Shown: piece after piece, positions 51,186-60,354 of the stretch
Layout of the letters: each line of letters opens with the position of its first letter
Position numbering within the stretch: position 1 is the stretch's first letter
Source: Synergistales bacterium
GTDB taxonomy: Bacteria; Synergistota; Synergistia; Synergistales; JAFGMB01
NCBI GenBank assembly: GCA_963666205.1
Contig: OY762654.1
Coordinates: 1,408,001 to 1,472,000 of the forward strand
Length of the DNA: 64,000 nucleotides
Direction: 5' to 3'
Program-made: the position numbers and the translations under genes
Notes under the pieces: generated by a model
What the model saw: the letters and a program-made list of their open reading frames with translations, nothing else
The model's database searches: none
What the model was told of the DNA's origin: nothing

Positions 51186-52251
51186 AAGAATTCCGACACT
51201 TAATGAAGTTGCACGCCTGGCAGGAGTATCTGTAGCAACCGTTTCAAGGGTCCTCAACGGAAAGGGTGCCCGGCCTGAAGTAGAGACAAGGGTACTTGCT
51301 GCAGCCAAGGAACTCCGGTATAAACCTAATCCGGGAGCCCGCTTTATGAAAGGCAAAAGAGCGGAAAACATCGGACTTCTTCTGCCAATGATATCCCATC
51401 CCTTCTTCGGAGCTCTTGCCGAAGGGGCCCTGGAAGAAGCAGGCAAAAACGACCAGGTGGTTGTTATAGCCAGTTCCCGGGGAAACCGGGAACTGGAAAA
51501 ACAGAAACTGGAACAGTTTTCAAGGTCCTTTCTCGATGGCATGATCTATTTCCCCGTTGAAAAGGGAGAGACATTTCCCGAAATAGAACATTTCCGTAAC
51601 ATTCCCCTCGTAGTCGCAGGAAGAAGAGCCATCTTCCCGAATAAACCCCATGTATATTCGGATAACCTCAAGGGCGGCTACCTTGCCACGAAGTATCTTT
51701 TAAGGCTGGGAAGAGAAAAAATAGCCTTTTTCGCCGGTTTCTGGACTCCTCCCTGCACTCATAAAAACATCAGAGAAGCCTCTGAAGGCCCAAGTTCCGG
51801 GGCTTTTTCATCCCTGGACAGATTCCGGGGCTACCTTAAAGCCCTTGAAGAAGCTTCCCTTGATCTTGATACAGACCTTGTAACGGTATGCGGTTATGAC
51901 TTCAAATCAGGAATAGAGGCAGCAAAGGAACTTACTGCCAGAATGGTCAACGTTGATGCCCTTATCTGTCCCAATGACCTTGTTGCAGCCGGAGCGATCC
52001 AGTTCCTTGAACAGCAGGGCATGAAAATCCCCGAAGACATCTCCGTCGCCGGGTATGATGACGACCCCATCGCAGTCATGACAACCCCCACCCTTACCAC
52101 TATCAGGCAGCAGACAACCCGTATAGGGATAGAATCCGTAGGGTTGATCAACAGCCTTATCAGGGGAAAAACTGTTGATGACGTTGTGGTGGACGTGGAT
52201 CTGATTATAAGGAATTCAACCTCCCATACCAGGAAAGACTCACTGTCATAG
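51166..52251 (+). CDS. LacI family transcriptional regulator
   Basis: TLNEVARLAGVSVATVSRVLN HTH, YKPN, IPEDISVAGYDD. Confidence 0.93.
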   Translation: MKKRSNERIPTLNEVARLAGVSVATVSRVLNGKGARPEVETRVLAAAKELRYKPNPGARFMKGKRAENIGLLLPMISHPFFGALAEGALEEAGKNDQVVVIASSRGNRELEKQKLEQFSRSFLDGMIYFPVEKGETFPEIEHFRNIPLVVAGRRAIFPNKPHVYSDNLKGGYLATKYLLRLGREKIAFFAGFWTPPCTHKNIREASEGPSSGAFSSLDRFRGYLKALEEASLDLDTDLVTVCGYDFKSGIEAAKELTARMVNVDALICPNDLVAAGAIQFLEQQGMKIPEDISVAGYDDDPIAVMTTPTLTTIRQQTTRIGIESVGLINSLIRGKTVDDVVVDVDLIIRNSTSHTRKDSLS

Positions 52252-52266
52252 GGGAGGATGATCCTC

Positions 52267-52533
52267 CTAACCAGTCTTCTTCATCTGGACGGAACGGCAC
52301 AGGGCAATGATCTCTGTATAAACGGACGCCAGGGCTTCTCCATCTATATCAGGGGCAAGATCCTGAAGTCTTCTTATAACTGCCATTTCCCTTTCCGGGT
52401 CATAGACAGGCCTGCTGCCCTTGGCTTCTCCTATCTCCCTGGCCACGGCCACCCTTTCCCGGAGCATCTTTATTATTGAATTATCGATGGAATCTATCTT
52501 CAGTCTGAGTTCCTTCAACCTTGTTTCATTCAT
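52267..52533 (-). CDS. Monofunctional chorismate mutase (AroQ class)
   Basis: LRLKIDSIDNSIIKMLRER...K...PVYDPERE; start at ATG 52533. Confidence 0.87.
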   Translation of the reverse strand: MNETRLKELRLKIDSIDNSIIKMLRERVAVAREIGEAKGSRPVYDPEREMAVIRRLQDLAPDIDGEALASVYTEIIALCRSVQMKKTG

Positions 52534-52564
52534 GGAATTGCACTTCCTTCGGTCATAGATCTCT

Positions 52565-53023
52565 TTATTTACAAAGGCCCTGCTGAATAATATTCCGAAG
52601 AGCTTCCAGGGCCAGGATATAGCCATGGCTTCCAAATCCTGCTATTCGGCCCCTTACAACGGGAGCTATGACGCTTTTATGGCGAAATTCCTCCCTGGCC
52701 TCCGGATTGGATATATGAACTTCTATTACAGGAATGGCAAGGGCTGTTATGCAGTCCCTCAAGGCGTAACTATAATGGGTATAGGCTCCTGCATTGAGAA
52801 CAGCTCCCTGGGCCTCCTTTCGATTTTCCTGCAGTATATCGATAAGGACTCCTTCGGAATTGCTCTGGGAACACCTGACCTCGATCCCCTTACTGTCTCC
52901 CCAGTTACGGCACTTCTCTTCCAGGTCTTCCAGGGTTTCATGTCCATAGACAGAGGGTTCACGCTCACCCAGAAGGTTCAGATTGGGACCGTTAACCACA
53001 AGAAAGACCGGTTTTTTCTCCAT
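52565..53023 (-). CDS. aroQ: Type II 3-dehydroquinate dehydratase
   Basis: NGPNLNLLGEREP.VYG, QSNSEG, NAGAYTHYS, EVHISN..AREEFR. Confidence 0.95.
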   Translation of the reverse strand: MEKKPVFLVVNGPNLNLLGEREPSVYGHETLEDLEEKCRNWGDSKGIEVRCSQSNSEGVLIDILQENRKEAQGAVLNAGAYTHYSYALRDCITALAIPVIEVHISNPEAREEFRHKSVIAPVVRGRIAGFGSHGYILALEALRNIIQQGLCK

Positions 53024-54602
53024 AGAGCATCACCTCCCTGTAAGCATTTTCAAGATCCTCAAGTCCTGCATTATCGACAAGAAGGCTGTTCCCTATCCCC
53101 TGGGGAATAACCAGTCGCGGCTGGCGGGAAATGAATTTTTTGTCCCTTTTTATGTAGGGAAGTATCTCTTCCCAGGGAATATCAGATCTGACAGGAAGAC
53201 CAAAGGTCTTCAGCAGACCATGGAGTTCCTCAAATTCGAGGATACTCATATTTCCCCTTCCCACGGAGATGAGTGCTGCCACCATCATTCCCACTGCAAC
53301 AGAATCTCCATGTTTCCAGTTCCTGTAGCCGGAGGCTGCCTCGAGGGCATGTCCGATGGTATGGCCAAGATTAAGTCTTGCCCGCTCTCCCTTCTTTTCC
53401 TTTTCATCTTTTTCTACTATTTCCAGCTTGATCCTGGTACACCACTCCACCATCCGGACCAGAACATCCTTCTGGCGGGAGAGAATGAGTCCGGCATGGA
53501 GAGTGAGCCAGGAAAAGAGATCCCTGTCATGGCCAAGACCGTACTTTGTCACTTCGGCAAGGCCCTGCCGGAATTCAACACCGGAAAGAGAAACAAGGCA
53601 GTCCACATCGGAAAAAACCGCCATGGGCTGATGAAAGGCTCCAACCATATTTTTGCCCCCGGGCAGATTAATTCCCGTTTTACCTCCAAGAGCGCTGTCA
53701 ACCTGGGCAAGGAGGGTGGTGGGACACTGTATGAAATTTATGCCCCTCATCCATGAAGCAGCGGCAAAACCGGCTACATCTCCTACAGTCCCTCCTCCAA
53801 GGGCAAGGATACATCCTGATCGGTCTTCACCGGCCTCCTGGAGCTGATTGAATATATTCTGAAGCTGCGTAAGGGTTTTGGCTTCCTCTCCCCTGGGAAG
53901 CAGGCTCAGTTTTTTCCCCGACAGCACCTTATCAGCATAAAGCGGACCTGTTATCTCATCGGCAACAACAACAGGAAGTCTGTCGGAACCGGAGAGCAGG
54001 TCTTCCATGGAGGCAAGGATACCGCTGCCTATGTATACAGGATAGGAATTTACCCCGGTACGTCCCTGGAGAACTACCCCTTCCGGCTTTTCAGCCAGAG
54101 GCTGAAGATTCAGACCTTCCATGATCCTCTCCACTTCTTCCTCCACTGTCAGCTGGTCTGTCTCTATTATCAGATGACCATTGGAATAGGCAGGTATTCT
54201 CTTTTTCCACAGGGCATTTACATTCAGGGGATCAAGGAGGGGACGCTTTCCCTTCTCCGAGGCTGCTCTTTTCAGAGCCGTTTCCGGAAGTACGGACAAA
54301 ACAACAAGGATCCCCTTCTCCATGATGGTTTCCTTCAGTTCCGGATCGGCAAGGATACCGCCGCCAAGGGCTATGATCATTCCCTGGAGTTCGCAGAGTT
54401 CCCGTACAACATTTTGTTCCATGAGGCGGAAAACTGATTCTCCCGAAGTAGCAAAGATCCGGGCGACGCTCATTCCGGCTCTCTGTTCAATTATCTGATC
54501 CGTATCGACAAAGGGTCTTCCTGTCTTTGCTGCGAGGTCCTTTCCGACGGAAGTCTTTCCTGCCGCCATGAAACCGCCGAGAAAAATATTCTTTCTAGCC
54601 AT
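52992..54602 (-). CDS. aroB: Bifunctional shikimate kinase / 3-dehydroquinate synthase (AroK-AroB)
   Basis: GFMAAGKTSVG and ALGGG (kinase); GGGTVGD, PTTLLAQVD, GGKTGIN, NLGHTIGHALE (synthase). Confidence 0.93.
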   Translation of the reverse strand: MARKNIFLGGFMAAGKTSVGKDLAAKTGRPFVDTDQIIEQRAGMSVARIFATSGESVFRLMEQNVVRELCELQGMIIALGGGILADPELKETIMEKGILVVLSVLPETALKRAASEKGKRPLLDPLNVNALWKKRIPAYSNGHLIIETDQLTVEEEVERIMEGLNLQPLAEKPEGVVLQGRTGVNSYPVYIGSGILASMEDLLSGSDRLPVVVADEITGPLYADKVLSGKKLSLLPRGEEAKTLTQLQNIFNQLQEAGEDRSGCILALGGGTVGDVAGFAAASWMRGINFIQCPTTLLAQVDSALGGKTGINLPGGKNMVGAFHQPMAVFSDVDCLVSLSGVEFRQGLAEVTKYGLGHDRDLFSWLTLHAGLILSRQKDVLVRMVEWCTRIKLEIVEKDEKEKKGERARLNLGHTIGHALEAASGYRNWKHGDSVAVGMMVAALISVGRGNMSILEFEELHGLLKTFGLPVRSDIPWEEILPYIKRDKKFISRQPRLVIPQGIGNSLLVDNAGLEDLENAYREVMLYGEKTGLSCG

Positions 54603-55764
54603 GGATAAAACACCCCACTCTTTTTTCATAGCTTCTCCATCGTTCTCTGAGGTCTTCAAGGGTATCTCCGCCGAACTGTTCCATAACAGCTCCGGCAAGT
54701 ACCCAGGAGAACATGGCCTCTCCTACAATACAAGCGGCGGGAAGGGCACAGACATCGCTTCGTTCGAAGGCCGCTTCTACTTCAAGGCCGCTGTTAATGT
54801 CTATTGATCTGAGGGGTTTCTTAAGGGTCGGAATGGGTTTCATTGCTGCAGAGAGGATCAGTTCCTCTCCATTGGTCATTCCACCCTCAAGGCCTCCAGC
54901 ATTGTTGGTAAGCCTCTGCCAGCCCTTTTCGCAAGGAAGGATCTCATCATGGGCTACGCTGCCCTGTATGCGGGCAAGTTCAAATCCCCTTCCTGTCTCC
55001 ACACCCTTGATGGCGGGTATGGACATTATGGCCCCGGCCAGCCGGCCGTCCAGACGTCGGTCCCATTCGGCATGTGAGCCTATACCGGGAAGCAGTCCCA
55101 TGGCGGACAGAAGAAAGGTCCCTCCAAGGGTGTCACCCTCTTCCCCGCATTTCCTGATCCTTTCCATAAGCCTCTGCTCGTCTTCCCTTCTGGGACATCC
55201 AAGGTCCGAAGCAGCTGCATGATCCCATTCAGACGGACTTTCAGGGGGAGCCACTTCTACTCCTCCTATGGATGTAACGGAGCTTCGGATGGTCACTCCC
55301 AGTTCTTCGAGAAGGAGGCGGGCAATTGTCCCCGCTACGGTCCAGGCTGCTGTAGATCTTGCACTGGCCCTTTCCAGTACATTGCGGATATCATCATGGC
55401 CGTATTTGACAGCACCAGGAAGATCCGCATGTCCGGGTCTGGGTCTGGTAACCCTCTTCAGCGAGGCTTTTCCCTCATCAGTTTTCCATGGATCCAGAAG
55501 GGACTTCCACTTGTCCCATTCAGTATTCTCAAGGGAGAAACTGAGGGGAGAACCGACGGTGAACCCGTTTCGCAGCCCGCTCCAGGCTGTGAGCCTGTCC
55601 CTCTCGAGCTTCATTCTGGGGCCGCGGCCATAGCCTCTGCGGCGCCTGGACAGCTCGCCGGCTATTCTCTCTTCCTTTATTTCCAGATGTGAGGGCAGAC
55701 CCTCAAGAATAAGCATGAGACCTCTGCCATGGGATTCTCCGCTGGAAAGAAAACGAAGGGTCAT
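54595..55764 (-). CDS. aroC: Chorismate synthase
   Basis: GESHG, RPRPGHAD, ERASARST, NNAGGLEGG, KPIPT, RSD. Confidence 0.95.
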   Translation of the reverse strand: MTLRFLSSGESHGRGLMLILEGLPSHLEIKEERIAGELSRRRRGYGRGPRMKLERDRLTAWSGLRNGFTVGSPLSFSLENTEWDKWKSLLDPWKTDEGKASLKRVTRPRPGHADLPGAVKYGHDDIRNVLERASARSTAAWTVAGTIARLLLEELGVTIRSSVTSIGGVEVAPPESPSEWDHAAASDLGCPRREDEQRLMERIRKCGEEGDTLGGTFLLSAMGLLPGIGSHAEWDRRLDGRLAGAIMSIPAIKGVETGRGFELARIQGSVAHDEILPCEKGWQRLTNNAGGLEGGMTNGEELILSAAMKPIPTLKKPLRSIDINSGLEVEAAFERSDVCALPAACIVGEAMFSWVLAGAVMEQFGGDTLEDLRERWRSYEKRVGCFIHG

Positions 55765-55766
55765 TA

Positions 55767-56615
55767 TCAGTCCCTCTCCCTCTGGACAAGGGCATTACGC
55801 ATGACTTCCACTGGAGCCGTTCTTCCTGTGAAAAGCTCAAAAGCTGCAACTCCCTGGAAAAGGAGGACTTCTTCTCCTCCAACTGCAGGAATGCCTCTTT
55901 CTGAAGCAGCAGACACAAGAGGGGTTCTGCCTTCTCTGCTGTAAACCATGTCCAGAACCTTACCTCTGCCTGCAGCAGCAAGGATATCTTCAAGGAAAGG
56001 ACCGGGCCAGATATTGTCTTCAAGACCAAGGGATGTAGCATTTACAAGAATGTCAATTTCCCCTTCCGGGACTGCTCCCCATGGGATGATCTCTATTTCA
56101 GTATTCTCCATCAGGGGAAGGAGGTCTTCCTTAAGGGAACAGGCCCTGGAAAGGGTCCTGTTGGCCAGGATTATGGGAGAAAACCCTTCTTCTCCAAGGG
56201 CACATACAACTCCCCTTGCGGCACCTCCCGCACCTAGCACCATGGCCCTCTTTCCATCGGGTCTGAAGCGGGACAGTACCTCTCTTACTCCAGTAATGTC
56301 CGTATTGTGTCCTATGGTCTTTCCGTCCCTGAAAAGAACCGTGTTTACGGCACCGGCCTTCTCCGCTGATGGCGCGAGCTCATCAACCCATTGAAAGGCC
56401 CCTTCCTTGTGAGGAACTGTTATATTTGTTCCCACCGCTCCAAGGGACGCCATGCCTTCCAGGGCGGAAACAAGTTTTTCCCCCTTTACATCAAAAGCCA
56501 TATAGTGCATATCAAGATCCAGGTGGATCATTGCAGCGTTGTGCATGACAGGGGAAAGGCTATGGTCTACCGGGCTCCCGAGGAGACCTACGAGGCGGTT
56601 GGTATTGGTTCTCAT
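55767..56615 (-). CDS. aroE: Shikimate dehydrogenase
   Basis: HSLSP, NITVPHK, GAVNT, NTD, GAGGAA, NRT. Confidence 0.95.
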   Translation of the reverse strand: MRTNTNRLVGLLGSPVDHSLSPVMHNAAMIHLDLDMHYMAFDVKGEKLVSALEGMASLGAVGTNITVPHKEGAFQWVDELAPSAEKAGAVNTVLFRDGKTIGHNTDITGVREVLSRFRPDGKRAMVLGAGGAARGVVCALGEEGFSPIILANRTLSRACSLKEDLLPLMENTEIEIIPWGAVPEGEIDILVNATSLGLEDNIWPGPFLEDILAAAGRGKVLDMVYSREGRTPLVSAASERGIPAVGGEEVLLFQGVAAFELFTGRTAPVEVMRNALVQRERD

Positions 56616-57901
56616 GCAGCATTCCTCCCCCTGACCTTCTCCATATTTTCAAAGAATCCGGGATCGGATATTGCTACTGAGGAGGTGTCGTCGATAGTGA
56701 TCTCCCCTTCAGAAACAAGGGAGGCTATGGACAGGGTCATTACGATCCTGTGGTCATTGTAACTACGCACCTTTGCTCCATGTAGATGGCAGGGACCCTT
56801 GATGATCCAGCCGTCATCCTGTTCCCGGATATCAGCACCGAGGGCGGAAAGGCCTTCTGCTACAGCATGGATACGGTCACACTCCTTGAATCTCAGTTCC
56901 CTGGCTCCCCTTACTTCTGTAATTCCCTGCGCCTGTGTCGCTGCAAGGGCAAGAATGGGAAGTTCGTCCACCAGGGAGGGGATCTCTTCCGCATCTATGA
57001 CAGTTCCTCTCAGGACAGATGTTCTGACAAAAAGATCAGCTACATTCTCTCCACCCCATTTCCTGAGATTGCGGATCTCGGGGTTAAGACCCATCCTCTC
57101 CAGAACCCTGAGGGCGCCAGTCCTGGTGGGGTTCATTCCTGTATCCTCTATTTTCAGGCCTCTTTCAGAACAGAGGACTCCTGCAACTATCCAGAATGAG
57201 GCTGCAGAGAAATCTCCGGGGACAGTCCAGCTTCCTCCGGGTATCTCATTGCAGGGGTAGACCGTAACTGAAAGGCCTTCTCTCTGGAGTGGCACTTCGA
57301 GGAAATCCAGCATTATCTCGGTATGATCCCGGGTAAGCCTTTTTTCATTGACAGTAGTACTGCCGGAAGCGGAAAGCCCTGCAAGAAGGAGGGCCGTCTT
57401 CACCTGGGCGCTGGCAACGGAAGGAGAATGTTCACCACCTGAAAGCCGGGCCCCTCTTATGGCAAGGGGAAGCCTTTCTCCACCTTCGCATCCGTCGATC
57501 CGGGCCCCCATAGCCTGAAGGGGACGGACTACTCTCGCCATGGGGCGCATTCGCAGGCTTTCATCTCCTGAAATCACGGCAAAGAAACCGGGTATTCCGG
57601 CAAGGAGTCCCGTCATCAGACGGGCTGTAGTCCCTGAATTTCCTGCATCCAGTACTCCCTGGGGATCAAGAACTCCCTCTCCGCTGCTTATGTTCACCAT
57701 GCCGTCCTTCCTGACAACGCGACAGCCAAGCCGGGAGAGGCATTTCAATGTGCTGGCACAGTCTGCTCCTGGAGAAAAATTATCAACTGTGACCCCTTCC
57801 CGGGAAAGAGCACCTAGGAAGGCTGCCCTGTGTGAAATGGATTTGTCCCCCGGAAGGGTTATGGTTCCTGCTATTTTCCCCATTCTCTCAATGGTCTTCA
57901 T
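56612..57901 (-). CDS. aroA: EPSP synthase (class II-like)
   Basis: PGDKSISHR, GNSGTT, ASAQVK, RDHTE, NPTR, KECDR, DHR. Confidence 0.95.
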   Translation of the reverse strand: MKTIERMGKIAGTITLPGDKSISHRAAFLGALSREGVTVDNFSPGADCASTLKCLSRLGCRVVRKDGMVNISSGEGVLDPQGVLDAGNSGTTARLMTGLLAGIPGFFAVISGDESLRMRPMARVVRPLQAMGARIDGCEGGERLPLAIRGARLSGGEHSPSVASAQVKTALLLAGLSASGSTTVNEKRLTRDHTEIMLDFLEVPLQREGLSVTVYPCNEIPGGSWTVPGDFSAASFWIVAGVLCSERGLKIEDTGMNPTRTGALRVLERMGLNPEIRNLRKWGGENVADLFVRTSVLRGTVIDAEEIPSLVDELPILALAATQAQGITEVRGARELRFKECDRIHAVAEGLSALGADIREQDDGWIIKGPCHLHGAKVRSYNDHRIVMTLSIASLVSEGEITIDDTSSVAISDPGFFENMEKVRGRNAA

Positions 57902-57920
57902 GGCCTCTCCCTGTCCTTTC

Positions 57921-58985
57921 CTAGATCACTGGAATGGCGCCGCAGATCTTTTCTCTCTCCTCCTGAACAGGAAGAGCGGGTATAAGACGGGCTATCATAT
58001 CCATGAGCTGCGAGAATTCACTGCAGGACAGAGACTGGTCTCCATCGCACAAAGCTTCTTCAGACCTTGGGTGGACTTCTATGATCAGTCCATCGGCACC
58101 AGCGGCCAGAGAAGCCATGCTCATGGGTGTGACCAGGCTGCGAATACCCGTTCCGTGGCTTGGATCAACTATCACCGGCAAGTGGGACAGGGATTTTACA
58201 AGGGGTACTATATTGAGATCGAGAGTATTCCTTGTCCTGGTCTCAAAGCTCCTGATACCCCGCTCGCAGAGGATAACATTGAAATTGCCTCCACAGAGAA
58301 TGTATTCCGCCGCCTGAAGCCATTCATCTACTGTTGACATGGCTCCCCTTTTAAGGAGTACGGGTTTGTCTACTTTTCCCAGGGCCTTCAGAAGGGGGAA
58401 GTTCTGCATATTACGGGCTCCCACCTGGAAAATATCTATATGAGGTTCCAGCCATTCTATGGCTTCAATGGACATGACTTCCGTCACTATGGGAAGACCG
58501 GTTTCCTCTTTGGCTTCACGGAGAAGGGCGATCCCTTCGCTTCCAAGACCCTGAAAGGAGTAGGGATTTGAACGGGGTTTGAAGGCTCCGCCACGAAGAA
58601 CTGATGCTCCAGCCTTTTTAACGGCCAGGGCGGCATCTCTGATCTGTCGTCTGTTCTCAACCGCACAGGGTCCGGCCATGATGATCCTGTTACCTCCGCC
58701 TATGGTCACACCCGGTGCTATCTTTACGATACTGCTCTTTCCCCCGGTAAGTTCCCTGCTGGCGAGAGGAAAGGGACTATCTGTGGTTATTACTTCCATC
58801 ACGCCCGGGAGTCCCTGCAGTGCCAGTTCCCTTTTCATTGTTCCTTCGACCATTACCAGGCATCCGTCGTAATAGGGGATAAAGCGAGCTTTGCAGCCTT
58901 CTTTTTCAACTTTCTGAAACACATTAGCCACATTGACGTTGGATGTACTGTTCTGCATTCTGATGATCGTTCGCTTATTTCCCAT
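57921..58985 (-). CDS. aroF: DAHP synthase, type I-beta, with N-terminal regulatory domain
   Basis: AGPCAVE, GGAFKPRS, GARNMQN, LKRG, CERG, DPSH, EVH, LCDG; GGAGGT SD. Confidence 0.93.
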   Translation of the reverse strand: MGNKRTIIRMQNSTSNVNVANVFQKVEKEGCKARFIPYYDGCLVMVEGTMKRELALQGLPGVMEVITTDSPFPLASRELTGGKSSIVKIAPGVTIGGGNRIIMAGPCAVENRRQIRDAALAVKKAGASVLRGGAFKPRSNPYSFQGLGSEGIALLREAKEETGLPIVTEVMSIEAIEWLEPHIDIFQVGARNMQNFPLLKALGKVDKPVLLKRGAMSTVDEWLQAAEYILCGGNFNVILCERGIRSFETRTRNTLDLNIVPLVKSLSHLPVIVDPSHGTGIRSLVTPMSMASLAAGADGLIIEVHPRSEEALCDGDQSLSCSEFSQLMDMIARLIPALPVQEEREKICGAIPVI

Positions 58986-59034
58986 TTTTACTTACCTCCC
59001 TGATATCTGTTTAATAAATTTTAATAAAGGATAT

Positions 59035-59072
59035 AAAAAAAGCCGGAACCCGGTGAAAACCGGGTTCCGGCT
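59035..59072 (-). terminator. Attenuator terminator upstream of aroF
   Basis: mRNA AGCCGGAACCCGGU-UUUC-ACCGGGUUCCGGCU followed by a U run; lies between the promoter and aroF. Confidence 0.88.
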
Positions 59073-59103
59073 TAATAATGTCTGATTTTCAGCTTATTGC
59101 TTT

Positions 59104-59259
59104 TTACAGCTGTATGCCAGGTTCATCAAGACAGGCCGATAACCGATTTTCACGTACTGAAAGACCACTGGCATAGGAATAAAGCCACTGGCCGCTGGTA
59201 AAGTAGAAATAATAGTATGCGAAAGAGCTATCGATGGTCTTACCAGGTACGTGCATCAT
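59104..59259 (-). CDS. Aromatic-rich attenuation leader peptide (51 aa)
   Basis: MMHVPGKTIDSSFAYYYFYFTSGQWLYSYASGLSVRENRLSACLDEPGIQL; GAGGAG SD; lies between promoter and terminator. Confidence 0.82.
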   Translation of the reverse strand: MMHVPGKTIDSSFAYYYFYFTSGQWLYSYASGLSVRENRLSACLDEPGIQL

Positions 59260-59321
59260 TATCGAACGTGTCTCCTCTCTTCAAAAAGATTTTGTCTGAC
59301 TTTTCAAATATATTGTCGGCC

Positions 59322-59350
59322 ATGATAAAGCCCTCAGAGCCTTTTGTCAA
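59322..59350 (-). promoter_or_regulatory. Sigma70 promoter of the aro operon
   Basis: TTGACA-17 nt-TATCAT. Confidence 0.8.
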
Positions 59351-59369
59351 GGCTATTATGTAAAAAAGT

Positions 59370-60179
59370 CTAAAAGGTCCTGTCGGTCCATCTGGAAAGG
59401 GCTTTTTTTATTCCGCCCCGGGCACTGTGTTCTATGAGCCATCTGTCAATTACTTTCTTGAAACCATATTCCCCCGGGCCCAGCATGAAGGCAAATCTGG
59501 CGCAGGTAAAGGGCCGGTGGGGATTAATGGCCTTGAGAAGGGGACATCGTTTTTCCCAGACCATGGCCTCAATGGCATCGGTTATCATAATATCGGCCTC
59601 TCCCCTGATTATCATGTCAAAAACGGTCATATTGTCCTTGTGGACTGTAATTGTTGCTCTACTGAGCTTTTTCCTGGCAAAGGCTTCATTGGTCCCTCCC
59701 GGATTGACGATCACTCTCACCCCTGGACGGTCTATGTCTTCCAGGCTGTCAAAGAGGCGGGCCCTCTCTCTGGATGAGATGGGAGCTTTTCCTGTCCTGA
59801 AATAGGTGGCACTGAAAAGGGCTTTCTTTCTACGCTCCTTCGAAATGGCAATGCCTCCCACTGCAATATGAAATTTCTCTGACAGAAGATCATCCATGAG
59901 ATCTCTCCAGGAGGTGGGGATGAACTGAATGCCCACTCCGAGGAAACGGGCAAAGTTCTCTGCCGTATCTATATCTATACCCTCGAGACACTCCCCGTTA
60001 TCGTAACTGAAGGGAAGATAATCTGCAGGAGTGCCCACCCGGAGAATCTGACAATCCCTGATCTCCTCAAGAACGGATATTTTCTCGCGGTTTTCCCGAA
60101 TCTTTACCATCTCTCCATATTTCCAGTGAATAGATGGATAGAAAGGTTCGCTTTTACCTCCTGGTTTTGTCTGGATCAT
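59370..60179 (-). CDS. pheC: Cyclohexadienyl dehydratase (PheC-like) without signal peptide
   Basis: DYLPFSY, GKAP, VNPGGTNE, ITDAIE; hydrophilic N-terminus; GGAGG SD. Confidence 0.75.
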   Translation of the reverse strand: MIQTKPGGKSEPFYPSIHWKYGEMVKIRENREKISVLEEIRDCQILRVGTPADYLPFSYDNGECLEGIDIDTAENFARFLGVGIQFIPTSWRDLMDDLLSEKFHIAVGGIAISKERRKKALFSATYFRTGKAPISSRERARLFDSLEDIDRPGVRVIVNPGGTNEAFARKKLSRATITVHKDNMTVFDMIIRGEADIMITDAIEAMVWEKRCPLLKAINPHRPFTCARFAFMLGPGEYGFKKVIDRWLIEHSARGGIKKALSRWTDRTF

Positions 60180-60208
60180 TCTTATTCCTCCCTCTCTCTA
60201 ACAGCCTT

Positions 60209-60245
60209 AAAATAAAAAAGCCGGGACCCTGAAAAGGGTCCCGGC
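60209..60245 (-). terminator. Attenuator terminator upstream of pheC
   Basis: mRNA GCCGGGACCCU-UUUC-AGGGUCCCGGC followed by UUUUUUAUUUU. Confidence 0.88.
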
Positions 60246-60261
60246 CTGAAAAAGCTTCTGG

Positions 60262-60354
60262 TCAAATAGCATCCAGAGCTCCAGGAGGGGACCCGCAGCT
60301 AAAAAAGAAGCTAAAAAAGGAAGATACATTATTAAATATGTTATGGAGCTTCAC
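60262..60354 (-). CDS. Phe-rich attenuation leader peptide (30 aa)
   Basis: GTG start behind AGGAGGTG; MKLHNIFNNVSSFFSFFFSCGSPPGALDAI. Confidence 0.82.
   Translation of the reverse strand: MKLHNIFNNVSSFFSFFFSCGSPPGALDAI

Noticed and set aside
52992-54602. AroK-AroB fusion as a novelty
   Set aside because: Known fusion in several bacterial lineages
57540-58337. 265-aa plus-strand ORF (likewise 52983-53756 and 11953-12675)
   Set aside because: Shadow or alternate-frame ORFs over well-supported genes
58990-59320. T-box riboswitch explanation for the aroF leader
   Set aside because: No T-box (UGGNACC) antiterminator bulge before the terminator; the leader-peptide model fits better
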